From assembly GCA_964434115.1 (NCBI GenBank), contig CAYSSX010000006.1, forward strand, positions 70,770 through 134,769: 64,000 bases of DNA. Reading direction: 5' to 3'. The position numbers and the translations under genes are program-made. The notes below the pieces were generated by a model that was not told the origin of the DNA, did no database searches, and saw only the letters and a program-made list of their open reading frames with translations. Source of the DNA: an uncultured bacterium. Lineage in GTDB: Bacteria > Omnitrophota > Omnitrophia > Omnitrophales > Aquincolibacteriaceae. Position 1 is the first letter of the stretch; every line of letters starts with the position of its first letter. Of the stretch, positions 9,988-18,746 are shown piece by piece.

Positions 9988-10416
9988 GTGAAGGACCGCG
10001 GTTTTTTACTTTTTACTTTTTTGCTTTCATTTCTTATCGGAGGGGCGGAAGCCTTTTCGGTAAATCCCGCAGATGTTCACCGCACGATCTATCCTTTCAT
10101 CGAGACGAAGACCGGTCAGGTATTTGAAGCCCATATTGCTTCCGAATCCGAAAAAAACTTTGAAACCCTTTTGACCGGCGATACGACTGTTCTGAGCTCG
10201 GGAAATCAGGGACAAAGAACAGGAAACCTGCCCAAGTATTATCTTTTAGGTACGCGGCAGGTGACGGAGATCCGGCCGTATGTCATGAGGTTCTTTCAAG
10301 GGTTTTTATTTGTCTGGATGATTTATCTGGTCGTAGGATACCTGGTGAAGCATCTTGTCATCCGGGAGTTTAAACAATCGCTGACGCGTAAGAGAAAACC
10401 GAGGAGAAGAAAATGA
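9988..10416 (+). CDS. hypothetical protein, N-terminal signal peptide and C-terminal TM anchor with basic tail
   Basis: GTG start with AGGAGA 8 nt upstream. Hydrophobic N-terminus. TM segment FLFVWMIYLVVGYLV followed by RKRKPRRRK. ATGA-coupled to the next gene. Confidence 0.5.
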   Translation: MKDRGFLLFTFLLSFLIGGAEAFSVNPADVHRTIYPFIETKTGQVFEAHIASESEKNFETLLTGDTTVLSSGNQGQRTGNLPKYYLLGTRQVTEIRPYVMRFFQGFLFVWMIYLVVGYLVKHLVIREFKQSLTRKRKPRRRK

Positions 10417-11705
10417 TCCGACTTTCAAGTGCTGGAATTTTTAAGCAGGGCCGCATCCTTTTGTGCGGCCTTTTAATTTCCGCGTTCTTTACGCCTGAGC
10501 TTCCCGCTATTGAGTCCGCGGCAGCGCTTCCTGCCGTACTCACCCCCGAAGAAAAAAATGAACTGGCGGGCTTGTATAAGGACACCTGGAATTACATTGC
10601 TGATTATGTCGACGAAAATACGGGAATGCCCTATGACGCAAGTTCCCGCCAGCCGCCAACGTCCATGACCAACGTCGGTTTTTATCTTGCCGCGGTTTCT
10701 GTTGCTTACCGGACCGGACTGATCTCTGCGGAAGAAGCTGAAAAGCGTGTAGGGCGGACCCTCGACAGCCTGGAAAAGATCGAAAAGTGGCGCGGTTTTC
10801 CCAGGCCTTGGGTGATTACCCGGACGCTCAAGCCGACCTATGGTGAAGAGTTTACCTATGGCTCGCACATGTCCGTGCTCATCGGAGGGCTTCTGGTGGC
10901 GCAGTCGACTTTTCCCGACATTGTGTTCACAACGCTTGCGCCCCGAATCAAGGACATGCTTAAGAAAATGGATTTCGCCAGTCTTTATGAGCCTAAAAAC
11001 GGCTGGCTTAAAGGCGGCTACAACGTTACCAAAAACGACTTCTCTGTTTTTCAGTCGTGGGGACATTGGTATTACAAACACTTTGCCTCTGAAATCCGCC
11101 TGCTCAGCTATTACATGATTGTGTCGGGGGCGGTTCCCCGCGAACACTGGACACGTCTGATCCGGCCGGTTCAGGAACTTGAAGGAGAAAAGTTTTTTGT
11201 TTCAGGCCTGGAAGACGGAGGGTTGTATGTCCAATACCTCACGGGGCTTTTTATTGATGAACGGAATTCCGAAATGGGGACCTCTCAAAAAAGTTATGCC
11301 AGTGCGCAGATGAAACATGCGGCCCAGATTCAATCACCTGTTTGGGGCTGGTCGTCGTGCATGACCCCGCAGGGCCGGTACTTGGCCTATGGCGAGCTCC
11401 GGGATGACATTGTCGCCCCTTACGCGTCACTTCTTGCCATTCACTATTTCCCCCGGGAGGTCTATACCAATATTAAGAAGCTCGAAGCTCTTGGTGTTCG
11501 CCCCGCGGCTTCTGTTGCCAAGAAGCCCTACGGTTTTTTAGATTCGGTGAATTGGAAGACCGGAGAAACGGCACGCCAGTACCTGACTCAGAGTCAGGCG
11601 ATGGGGTTTCTTTCACTCGCAAACTATTTGTATGATGGAATCGTATGGAAGAGTTTTCAGGAAGCGCTTCCCGCGGGTGCAGGAGCGATCGAGGTTCTGA
11701 ACTAG
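10413..11705 (+). CDS. secreted hypothetical protein, possibly DUF3131/(alpha/alpha)6-barrel glycosidase-like
   Basis: Signal peptide (LLCGLLISAFF). 430 aa with many aromatic residues (W/Y-rich). Family assignment is from memory and unverified. Followed by a rho-independent terminator. Confidence 0.5.
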   Translation: MIRLSSAGIFKQGRILLCGLLISAFFTPELPAIESAAALPAVLTPEEKNELAGLYKDTWNYIADYVDENTGMPYDASSRQPPTSMTNVGFYLAAVSVAYRTGLISAEEAEKRVGRTLDSLEKIEKWRGFPRPWVITRTLKPTYGEEFTYGSHMSVLIGGLLVAQSTFPDIVFTTLAPRIKDMLKKMDFASLYEPKNGWLKGGYNVTKNDFSVFQSWGHWYYKHFASEIRLLSYYMIVSGAVPREHWTRLIRPVQELEGEKFFVSGLEDGGLYVQYLTGLFIDERNSEMGTSQKSYASAQMKHAAQIQSPVWGWSSCMTPQGRYLAYGELRDDIVAPYASLLAIHYFPREVYTNIKKLEALGVRPAASVAKKPYGFLDSVNWKTGETARQYLTQSQAMGFLSLANYLYDGIVWKSFQEALPAGAGAIEVLN

Positions 11706-11730
11706 AGTTTTTTTGAAATTGAAAAAGGGC

Positions 11731-11766
11731 AAAAAAAAAGGCCTGACAAAATGTCAGGCCTTTTTT
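11731..11766. terminator. bidirectional rho-independent terminator (A9-GGCCTGAC-aaaat-GTCAGGCC-T6)
   Basis: 8-bp GC-rich stem 11740-11747/11753-11760. Flanked by an A-run on the left and a T-run on the right. Serves the convergent 10413-11705 (+) and 11782-11847 (-) genes. Confidence 0.8.
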
Positions 11767-11781
11767 CTTCAAGAGAAAAGT

Positions 11782-11847
11782 TTACTTTCTCTTCTTGGTC
11801 GCTTTCTTCTTAGCAACCTTCTTAACTGCTTTCTTTTTTGTCGCCAT
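11782..11847 (-). CDS. 21-aa lysine/alanine-rich basic peptide MATKKKAVKKVAKKKATKKRK (histone H1/Hc1-tail-like), not in supplied ORF track
   Basis: ATG at 11847 (minus strand) preceded by the perfect SD AAAGGAG with a 6-nt spacer. A TAA stop lies immediately upstream, so it is a stand-alone ORF. TAA stop at 11782-11784, followed by the bidirectional terminator. 13-bp IR hairpin in the leader. Confidence 0.45.
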   Translation of the reverse strand: MATKKKAVKKVAKKKATKKRK

Positions 11848-11873
11848 TTACGGCTCCTTTTCTTTTGTTAAAC

Positions 11874-11908
11874 AACTACAGAGAATCGTTTCGCAATTCT
11901 CTGTAGTT
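11874..11908. promoter_or_regulatory. 13-bp perfect inverted repeat AACTACAGAGAAT-(9)-ATTCTCTGTAGTT in leader/promoter region of the tiny peptide gene
   Basis: Arms at 11874-11886 and 11896-11908. Lies 27 nt upstream of the minus-strand ATG, within an AT-rich 240-bp intergenic region. Confidence 0.5.
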
Positions 11909-12103
11909 AATCTACGGCTTCTTCTAATGGATTTTTTAGCTTTTTTCAACAAAAAAAATCACAAAACGTAATTTTTTTTAAAATCGGGCTTTTTGAGAAA
12001 CCGGGATTAAACGCAATTTTTCTTCATTTTTGATTCTCGAAACAGTTTGTTTTTTGCAATTCACGTATTAAACTAAAAAAAAAATCGAAGCGTGAGAGAG
12101 CGG

Positions 12104-13576
12104 ATGACAAAGCTAACTGAATTAAAATCTTTCCAGGTTCCCGATACGCGGCACCGCATTGCAGGAGCAAAAGCAGTTTCCAAAAGCGGTAAAACTTTTG
12201 AGACTCTCAATCCCGCTACGGGTGAATGCCTGGCTTTGGTTCAGCAGGCTGGAGATTTTGAAGTCGATGCCGCAGTCGCCGCAGCGCGCACAGCTTTTCA
12301 AAGCAAAGCCTGGGGATCCCTGAAGGCCCAGGAGCGCGCGGGTATTCTTTATAAAGCCGCTGATCTCTTGGAAGCTGAGTCCGAGTATGCCGCTTCTCTG
12401 GAAACTCTGGACACGGGCAAGCCCATCCGTGACAGCCGTGGCGTGGATCTCCCGGCAGCCGTGCAGACCCTCCGCTATTACGCGGGGTGGGCGGACAAAC
12501 TGTCCGGGGAGACGCTTCCTTTGGACCCGGCCTTTTTCACCTTCACCCTGCGTGAACCTTTGGGTGTTGTCGGGGTGATTACTCCGTGGAACTTTCCTCT
12601 TTTGATGGCCGTTCAAAAGACTGCCCCTGCCTTGGTGACAGGAAACACAGTCGTTTTAAAACCTGCTGAGCAAACCCCGTTATCGTCCCTTTATTTGGCG
12701 GATGTTTTTGAGCGGGCGGGATTGCCCGGGGGCGTTTTAAATGTGATTTGCGGTTTTGGGGAAGAGGCCGGAGCCGCTCTTGTGCGTCATGCGGAGGTCG
12801 ACGGCATTGCTTTTACAGGGGAGTATCGTACCGGACAAGCGATCATGCAGAACGCTGCCAAGGGGCTTAAACGGCTTTCTTTTGAGCTTGGCGGTAAATC
12901 CCCTGTGATTGTTTTTGCGGACGCAGATCTTGAGAAAGCGGCAGCGTTTGTCTGTGAGGGGATTTTCTTTAACCAAGGGGAAGTTTGCTGCTCCGGTTCA
13001 CGGCTGTTTGTTGAAGAAAAGATTCAGGATCCATTTATGGCGCTCCTTTTAAAGCACGCTGAAAACTGGCAGCCGGGGGATCCTTTAAATCCAGAGACCC
13101 GGATGGGTGCTTTGATTTCAACCGAACATCACCGGAAAGTTTTAAGTTATGTTGAATCCGGAGAACGCGAAGGAGCGCGCCTGGTTCTTGATGGACGCAA
13201 ATGCGGCTTGAAGGGGGCCTTTCTTGGTCCGACACTTTTTGACCGGGCAACGCCCGGGATGAAAATTGCGCAGGAGGAAATTTTTGGGCCTGTGCTTGTG
13301 CAAATGCCTTTCCGGAATCTGGAGGAGGTTCTGGCGGCGGCGAATGATTCGCTTTACGGTCTTGCGGCATCGGTTTGGACACGCGATCTTGAAAAGGCCC
13401 ATCTTGCCGCGAAGGCCCTTAAAGCTGGAACGGTTTGGGTCAACGCGTACGGAAATTGTGACCCGGCACTTCCCTTTGGAGGCTATAAAATGTCAGGCTT
13501 TGGCCGGGAAGGGGGCCTTAGCACTTTTGACTTTTACACACAGTTAAAAACCGTCTGGATTTCTCTCCCCTCATGA
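12104..13576 (+). CDS. NAD(P)-dependent aldehyde dehydrogenase
   Basis: ALDH glutamate and cysteine active-site motifs FELGGKSP and FFNQGEVCCSGSR. EEIFGPV near the C-terminus. The track ORF starts at GTG 12092. The ATG at 12104 is taken as the start. Confidence 0.9.
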   Translation: MTKLTELKSFQVPDTRHRIAGAKAVSKSGKTFETLNPATGECLALVQQAGDFEVDAAVAAARTAFQSKAWGSLKAQERAGILYKAADLLEAESEYAASLETLDTGKPIRDSRGVDLPAAVQTLRYYAGWADKLSGETLPLDPAFFTFTLREPLGVVGVITPWNFPLLMAVQKTAPALVTGNTVVLKPAEQTPLSSLYLADVFERAGLPGGVLNVICGFGEEAGAALVRHAEVDGIAFTGEYRTGQAIMQNAAKGLKRLSFELGGKSPVIVFADADLEKAAAFVCEGIFFNQGEVCCSGSRLFVEEKIQDPFMALLLKHAENWQPGDPLNPETRMGALISTEHHRKVLSYVESGEREGARLVLDGRKCGLKGAFLGPTLFDRATPGMKIAQEEIFGPVLVQMPFRNLEEVLAAANDSLYGLAASVWTRDLEKAHLAAKALKAGTVWVNAYGNCDPALPFGGYKMSGFGREGGLSTFDFYTQLKTVWISLPS

Positions 13577-15246
13577 TTCAAAAGCGATATCAAAGCCTTC
13601 TTTTTTGCTGCCTCTTTACAGGAGGCTTTCTTTTATTCCCTGGTTCTCTTTCGTATGCGGCTCCTAAAACGCTTGTCTTAAGCATTGGCGGAGACCCCAA
13701 AACTTTTAATTTACTGGTCTCTCAAGACAGCACTTCCAGCGAGATCAGCCGCTTTCTTTTTGACGGCTTGACGGACCTGGATCCAGCAACCGGGGAGATT
13801 AAGGGGCTGCTGGCAGAGCGATGGGAGGTTTTTGACCAAGGCCTTCGCTGGGTCTTTCATCTGCGTCCGGGCGTTCATTGGTCAGACGGACAGCCCTTCA
13901 CAGCGCAGGATGTGGTTTTTACTTTTGAAACCATGTTTAATCCGGCTTTTGTGATTCCTGCTCGTGATATTTTTACTCTGAACGGTAAGCGTGTTGAAGT
14001 GAAACGCCTGGATGATCTGACCGTGGAGTTTCTGCTGCCAGAACCCTTTGCTCCGTTTCTTCTGGCACTGGGTCAGCCGATTCTTCCCAGTCACCGGCTT
14101 GATGCGGCTGTCAAAAAAGGAAGCCTTGCCAAAACCTGGGGGATTGATGAGAAACCTGAAAACATCACGGGGACCGGCCCTTTCCGGATTAAAAAATACA
14201 GCCCGGGAGAGCGAATCGAACTGGAGAAGAACCCCTTTTACTGGAAAACAGGCGCGGATGGCAGCCGTTTACCCCGTATCGAAAGAATCACACTTCTGAT
14301 TATCCAAAGTCCTGAAGGAAGACTGCTGAAGTTTATGGAAGGCTCGCTGGACGTTTATCCGCTGAGCGGCCGTGATTACCCTGTCTTGAAGCCGCTTGCC
14401 GGAAAAAGAAATTTTTCGATCTATCAAAGCGGCCTTGGGCTGGGCTCCAATTTTCTTGTCTTTAATCAAGGAAGTAAGGATGCGGTTAAAAAGGAATGGT
14501 TTCGCAGTCAGACCTTTCGTGAAGCCGCCGCTTCTGCTCTTGACCGTCAAAGCATGGTGGAAATTGTTTTGAACCATCTTGGGGGCCTTCAATGCTCTGC
14601 CGTAAGCCCCTCAATCCCTTTTTTCTATCACGAAACCCCTTGCCGTGAGTTTGATCCTGAAAAGTCGAGGCAGCTTTTGGAAAAGGAAGGCTTTAAGGAC
14701 ACGGATGGGGATGGCATTCTGGAAGACAAAGACGGGCATCCGCTGGAATTTGTCCTGATGACGAATGCGGAAAACCCGGAGCGCGTTGAGTTGTCGCAAA
14801 TGATTCGCGAAGACTTGTCACGGACCGGAATGAAGGTCCATCTTTTGGTTGCGGAATTTAATTCGCTTGTTTCCAAACTGGTTGGAAGCGGGGAATGGGA
14901 CGCTGTTCTTCTGGGGCTTACCGGGGCACCGGACCCTCATTTTGGCGCGAATGTCTGGAAAACCCGTGGAAGCCTCCATTTTTGGGAGCCTAAAGATGCG
15001 GCGCTTGTTAGTCCAGGGCAGTTAAGGGTTGATGCAATTTTCGAAACTGCTTCGGGGCTTTTGAATCGCGTGGACCGAAAGCGGCTTTACGACGAATGGC
15101 AGGAAATCACGGCAAGGGAGCTTCCGCTGATCTATACAGTCCTTCCTGAAACGATGGTGGCGGTCAGAAACCGGTTTTCTAATTTTAAGCCAACGGTTTT
15201 GGGAGGCGTTTTCTCCAACCTTGAAGAAATTGATGTGGCCTCATGA
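13573..15246 (+). CDS. ABC transporter substrate-binding protein, family 5 (peptide/nickel, OppA/DppA-like)
   Basis: ATGA-coupled to the ALDH gene. Signal peptide. 557-aa SBP_bac_5-like architecture. First gene of a five-gene transporter operon. Confidence 0.85.
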   Translation: MIQKRYQSLLFCCLFTGGFLLFPGSLSYAAPKTLVLSIGGDPKTFNLLVSQDSTSSEISRFLFDGLTDLDPATGEIKGLLAERWEVFDQGLRWVFHLRPGVHWSDGQPFTAQDVVFTFETMFNPAFVIPARDIFTLNGKRVEVKRLDDLTVEFLLPEPFAPFLLALGQPILPSHRLDAAVKKGSLAKTWGIDEKPENITGTGPFRIKKYSPGERIELEKNPFYWKTGADGSRLPRIERITLLIIQSPEGRLLKFMEGSLDVYPLSGRDYPVLKPLAGKRNFSIYQSGLGLGSNFLVFNQGSKDAVKKEWFRSQTFREAAASALDRQSMVEIVLNHLGGLQCSAVSPSIPFFYHETPCREFDPEKSRQLLEKEGFKDTDGDGILEDKDGHPLEFVLMTNAENPERVELSQMIREDLSRTGMKVHLLVAEFNSLVSKLVGSGEWDAVLLGLTGAPDPHFGANVWKTRGSLHFWEPKDAALVSPGQLRVDAIFETASGLLNRVDRKRLYDEWQEITARELPLIYTVLPETMVAVRNRFSNFKPTVLGGVFSNLEEIDVAS

Positions 15247-16229
15247 ACTCACTCGCCGCCTTTCTTGTAAAACGTTTGGCGGGAGTTCTCCCGGTGCTTT
15301 TCTTTCTGCCCTTTATGACTTTTTTCCTGATGCATCTGGTTCCCGGCAATTATTTCGACAGTCTCCGCATGAACCCCCAAATTTCACCGGAGACCATTCA
15401 GCGTTACGAAGCGATGTATCACTTAAATGAACCCGTCATTGTTCAATATGGGTATTGGCTGAAAAGCATTGCCCGGCTTGATTTTGGCTACTCGTTTTCT
15501 TACCAGCAGCCCGTCTCCAAACTTTTGGCCTCAAGGGTGGTAAACACTCTTTTGCTCACGCTTTCCGCGTTTCTTCTCGCCTGGGCTGCGGCTGTGCCTT
15601 TGGGGCTTTGGGCAGGTCTTTCCAGAAACAGTCTGGCGGACAGGGCCGGAAGGATGGTGGCTTATTTCGGACTCTCGATGCCGAATTTTCTTTTGTGCCT
15701 TTTAATTTTGTGGGGGATCTCACTCTGGGGCGGTCTTCCGCTCGGCGGCATTACTTCCGTGAATTATGATGATCTTTCCGGCCCCGCTAAGTTTGCAGAC
15801 AGGGTCGCACACATGGCGGTTCCTGTTTTTGTCCTTTTCTTGTCTTCCTTTGCTTATTTGTTCCGTCTGATGCGGGCTCAGACCCTTGAGGTTGCGAACC
15901 GGGATTTCATTTTTTTTCTCCGGGCTTTGAGAGTTCCCGAGTCACGGATTGTTTTCCGGCATATCGCGCGTAACGCGATTAACCCCTTGGTGAGCTTGTT
16001 TGGTCTGGAATTGCCGGCGCTTTTCAGCGGTGCGGCGCTGGTTGAGATTTTCACGGGCTGGCCGGGGCTGGGCTCCCTGATGCTGCAGGCGGTTCGCGCT
16101 CAGGATCAATTTCTGGTTTTAGGCAACATGCTGATCCTTGCATTTCTTCTGGTCGCGGGAAATCTGCTGGCAGACATTCTTTTGGCAGTTGCGGATCCCC
16201 GCATCCGGATTTCGGGAGAGCGGTCATGA
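15243..16229 (+). CDS. ABC transporter permease (DppB/OppB-like)
   Basis: ATGA-coupled. About 6 TM helices. BPD_transp_1 EAA-like loop region. Confidence 0.85.
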   Translation: MNSLAAFLVKRLAGVLPVLFFLPFMTFFLMHLVPGNYFDSLRMNPQISPETIQRYEAMYHLNEPVIVQYGYWLKSIARLDFGYSFSYQQPVSKLLASRVVNTLLLTLSAFLLAWAAAVPLGLWAGLSRNSLADRAGRMVAYFGLSMPNFLLCLLILWGISLWGGLPLGGITSVNYDDLSGPAKFADRVAHMAVPVFVLFLSSFAYLFRLMRAQTLEVANRDFIFFLRALRVPESRIVFRHIARNAINPLVSLFGLELPALFSGAALVEIFTGWPGLGSLMLQAVRAQDQFLVLGNMLILAFLLVAGNLLADILLAVADPRIRISGERS

Positions 16230-17218
16230 AAACGCCTAGAACCGGTGTCCTCTTTCCTTTAGTGTTCCTTGGCGTGCTCGTTATGATGAGTCTTTTTGCG
16301 GATTACTTTGCACCGTATGCACCGTCCGAGGAAAACCGCCGCCAGCCTTACCACCCTCCGGTTAAAATTCACTGGGATTTTAAAAGCGGGAGCTTCCTGC
16401 CAAGGGCTTTTCTTTACCCGACAGTCATGACGTTCGACGAGAATTACAGGCGGGTTTACCAGGAAGATAAAAGCCGTCCAAGCCGTGTTCATTTTGGGGG
16501 ACCGCGTTTGATTTCCGTGGAAGCTCCGGCGCATTTTTATCTTCTGGGTTCCGACTCCCGGGGGCGCGATCTTTTCTCCCGTCTTCTCTATGGTGCCCGG
16601 ATTTCACTGTCAATTGGGATCCTGGGAGCTTTTTTATCTGCGTTTCTGGGTTTCTTCGTGGGCGGACTGTCAGGTTATTACGGCGGAAAGATTGACTTTG
16701 TGCTCATGCGCCTTGCGGAGTTTTTTATTATGATTCCGGGGTTCTACTTCCTTCTCGCTTTGCGCGGTGCTTTGCCTCCGACACTTGGATCGACCCAAGT
16801 TTACGCCTTAACGATCTCGATTCTCAGTTTGATTGGCTGGGGCGCTGTAGCCCGCGTAATCCGGGGATTGGCCCAGTCGCTCCGGCAAAATGATTTTATC
16901 CAGGCTGCCCGGCTTTTGGGACGCTCGGATCTGGAAATACTTACCGGGCATTTTTTCCCGCACATGCTGCCGTACCTTGCCGTGGTGATGAGCGTGTCGA
17001 TTCCGTCTTTTATTCTTATGGAGTCGGCCTTGAGCCTTTTGGGACTTGGCATTCAGGAACCTCAAGTGAGCTGGGGAAACCTTTTGAGTGATACCCTGTC
17101 CGTAGCCCATCTTTCTCTTCATCCCTGGGTGCTCTTTCCGGGAGCGCTTTTGGTTTTAACCGCGCTGTGTTTCAACCGGCTCGGCGATGGACTCCGCGAA
17201 GGGGGAAGAAGCGCATGA
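16226..17218 (+). CDS. ABC transporter permease (DppC/OppC-like)
   Basis: ATGA-coupled. N-terminal OppC_N-like region and a 6-TM permease core. Confidence 0.85.
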   Translation: MKTPRTGVLFPLVFLGVLVMMSLFADYFAPYAPSEENRRQPYHPPVKIHWDFKSGSFLPRAFLYPTVMTFDENYRRVYQEDKSRPSRVHFGGPRLISVEAPAHFYLLGSDSRGRDLFSRLLYGARISLSIGILGAFLSAFLGFFVGGLSGYYGGKIDFVLMRLAEFFIMIPGFYFLLALRGALPPTLGSTQVYALTISILSLIGWGAVARVIRGLAQSLRQNDFIQAARLLGRSDLEILTGHFFPHMLPYLAVVMSVSIPSFILMESALSLLGLGIQEPQVSWGNLLSDTLSVAHLSLHPWVLFPGALLVLTALCFNRLGDGLREGGRSA

Positions 17219-17940
17219 AAAATTTGATTCGAGCGAAAGACCTGACTCTTATTTATCCCGTCCTTGGAGGAAAGACGACCCAGATCGGTCCCGTGAATTT
17301 TTCGATTGCTGAAGGAGAATCCGTCGGCCTTTTAGGAGAGTCCGGTGCCGGCAAAAGTACTTTGGGGTTTGAGATTCTCGGACTTTTGGCGCATAAAGGA
17401 GGCCGGAGGCTGAGCGGCCAGCTTGAGTATGAAGGTCTTGAAACCGACGAGATTGCCTTTATTCCTCAAGATCCGCTCTCGGCCCTGGATCCGCTTTTTT
17501 CAATCGGCAGTCAGCTTCGCGAAATTGATCCATCAGGGGAGTCCCTCTTTGAAGCCCTTCGAAGAGCTCATCTTCCCCTTGAAACCATCAGTCTGAAAAG
17601 TTATCCGCACGAGCTGAGCGGCGGTATGAGACAGCGGCTTGTGATCGCTATGGCCCTCCTGCGCCGTCCCAAGCTCATCATTGCCGATGAACCTACCTCA
17701 TCTCTGGATATGATCCTTCAGGCCGGTATTCTGGAGCTTTTCCACGAACTCCATAGAAGCGGTATTGCGTTTCTGTTTATTACGCATCACCTGCCCCTTG
17801 CCGCCAATTTTTGCAGCCGCATGATGATTCTTAGGGACGGCCAAGTTGTCGAAGAAGGAGCTTCCGGAAAAATCCTTCAAAATCCAGCGCATCCTTACAC
17901 GCGTCTTCTTGTCGATTCTGTTCCGGTGCTTCCGCTATGA
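17215..17940 (+). CDS. ABC transporter ATP-binding protein (DppD/OppD-like)
   Basis: ATG at 17215 overlaps the previous stop (ATGA). Walker A GESGAGKST. ABC signature LSGGMRQR. Walker B LIIADEPTS. Confidence 0.85.
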   Translation: MKNLIRAKDLTLIYPVLGGKTTQIGPVNFSIAEGESVGLLGESGAGKSTLGFEILGLLAHKGGRRLSGQLEYEGLETDEIAFIPQDPLSALDPLFSIGSQLREIDPSGESLFEALRRAHLPLETISLKSYPHELSGGMRQRLVIAMALLRRPKLIIADEPTSSLDMILQAGILELFHELHRSGIAFLFITHHLPLAANFCSRMMILRDGQVVEEGASGKILQNPAHPYTRLLVDSVPVLPL

Positions 17941-18746
17941 ACCCAAGGCCTGTTTTTCAGCTTGAACAGGTTTCCCGCGAGTTTCAGACTCGGCAGGGGG
18001 TTTTGACCCATGGGCGTACTTTTGCTGCGTTGAGCCATGTCACGCTGACGCTGGAGGCCGGGTTTTTTTACGGGCTTGTCGGCGGCAGCGGCTCAGGGAA
18101 GACAACCCTTGCACGCCTTCTTGCGGGACTGGCTGAACCGACGGAAGGGAAAATTTTTTTTCGCGGGCAGCCTCTGGCAGCGGCCTTGCGAAACCGTAAA
18201 GAGCCTTATTGGCGCAAAGTCCAAATGATTTTTCAAAACCCCTATCAATCCTTGGACCCCAAGTGGAAAATCCGGGAAATTCTGGAGGAAGGTCTCCGGG
18301 AGTTACCGCGCCTGGTGCGTGTTCAAAGAGCCGCTGAGGCTTTGGAAAAGGTGGGGTTGAAGACAGCTTACCTTGACCGCAAGCCGCAGGCTTTAAGCGG
18401 AGGGGAGCGGCAGCGGGTTGCCGTTGCCAGGGCTTTGGCTGTGAAGCCTGATTTTTTAATCCTGGATGAGCCCACGTCCCAGCTTGATGTCTCCGTGCAA
18501 GCGCAGATCTTGAAACTGCTTTTGGAATTAAAACACGAACTTCCCGGCGGCATGCTTTTTATTACCCATGATCTTGCACTGGTCGGCCGGCTTGCGGACA
18601 GGCTTATTGTTCTTTCTTCGGGCCTTGTGGCGGAAGAAGGGAAGACGCTGGACGTATTGAAAAAGCCGCAGCACGATGCCACCCGGCGTTTGATTGCCGC
18701 AATCCCGGCCTGGGGGAAAAGCACGGATCGGAAAACCGGACCATGA
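17937..18746 (+). CDS. ABC transporter ATP-binding protein (DppF/OppF-like)
   Basis: ATGA-coupled. Walker A GGSGSGKTT. Signature LSGGERQR. Walker B LILDEPTS. Confidence 0.85.
   Translation: MNPRPVFQLEQVSREFQTRQGVLTHGRTFAALSHVTLTLEAGFFYGLVGGSGSGKTTLARLLAGLAEPTEGKIFFRGQPLAAALRNRKEPYWRKVQMIFQNPYQSLDPKWKIREILEEGLRELPRLVRVQRAAEALEKVGLKTAYLDRKPQALSGGERQRVAVARALAVKPDFLILDEPTSQLDVSVQAQILKLLLELKHELPGGMLFITHDLALVGRLADRLIVLSSGLVAEEGKTLDVLKKPQHDATRRLIAAIPAWGKSTDRKTGP

Noticed and set aside
10473-11147. 224-aa antisense ORF inside the 10413-11705 gene. The same applies to 21733-22356, 22759-23418, 33763-34332, 37980-38573, 45678-46232, 52469-53272 and 56102-56716.
   Set aside because: These are shadow ORFs on the opposite strand of strongly supported genes (mutS, the GGDEF/EAL gene, HK, HD-GYP, mraY/murD, murG/murC). 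They have no RBS, are Arg/Gly-rich and show typical antisense composition.
11473-11772. 99-aa minus-strand ORF spanning the terminator hairpin
   Set aside because: It runs through a rho-independent terminator and the 3' end of the 10413-11705 gene, so it is implausible.
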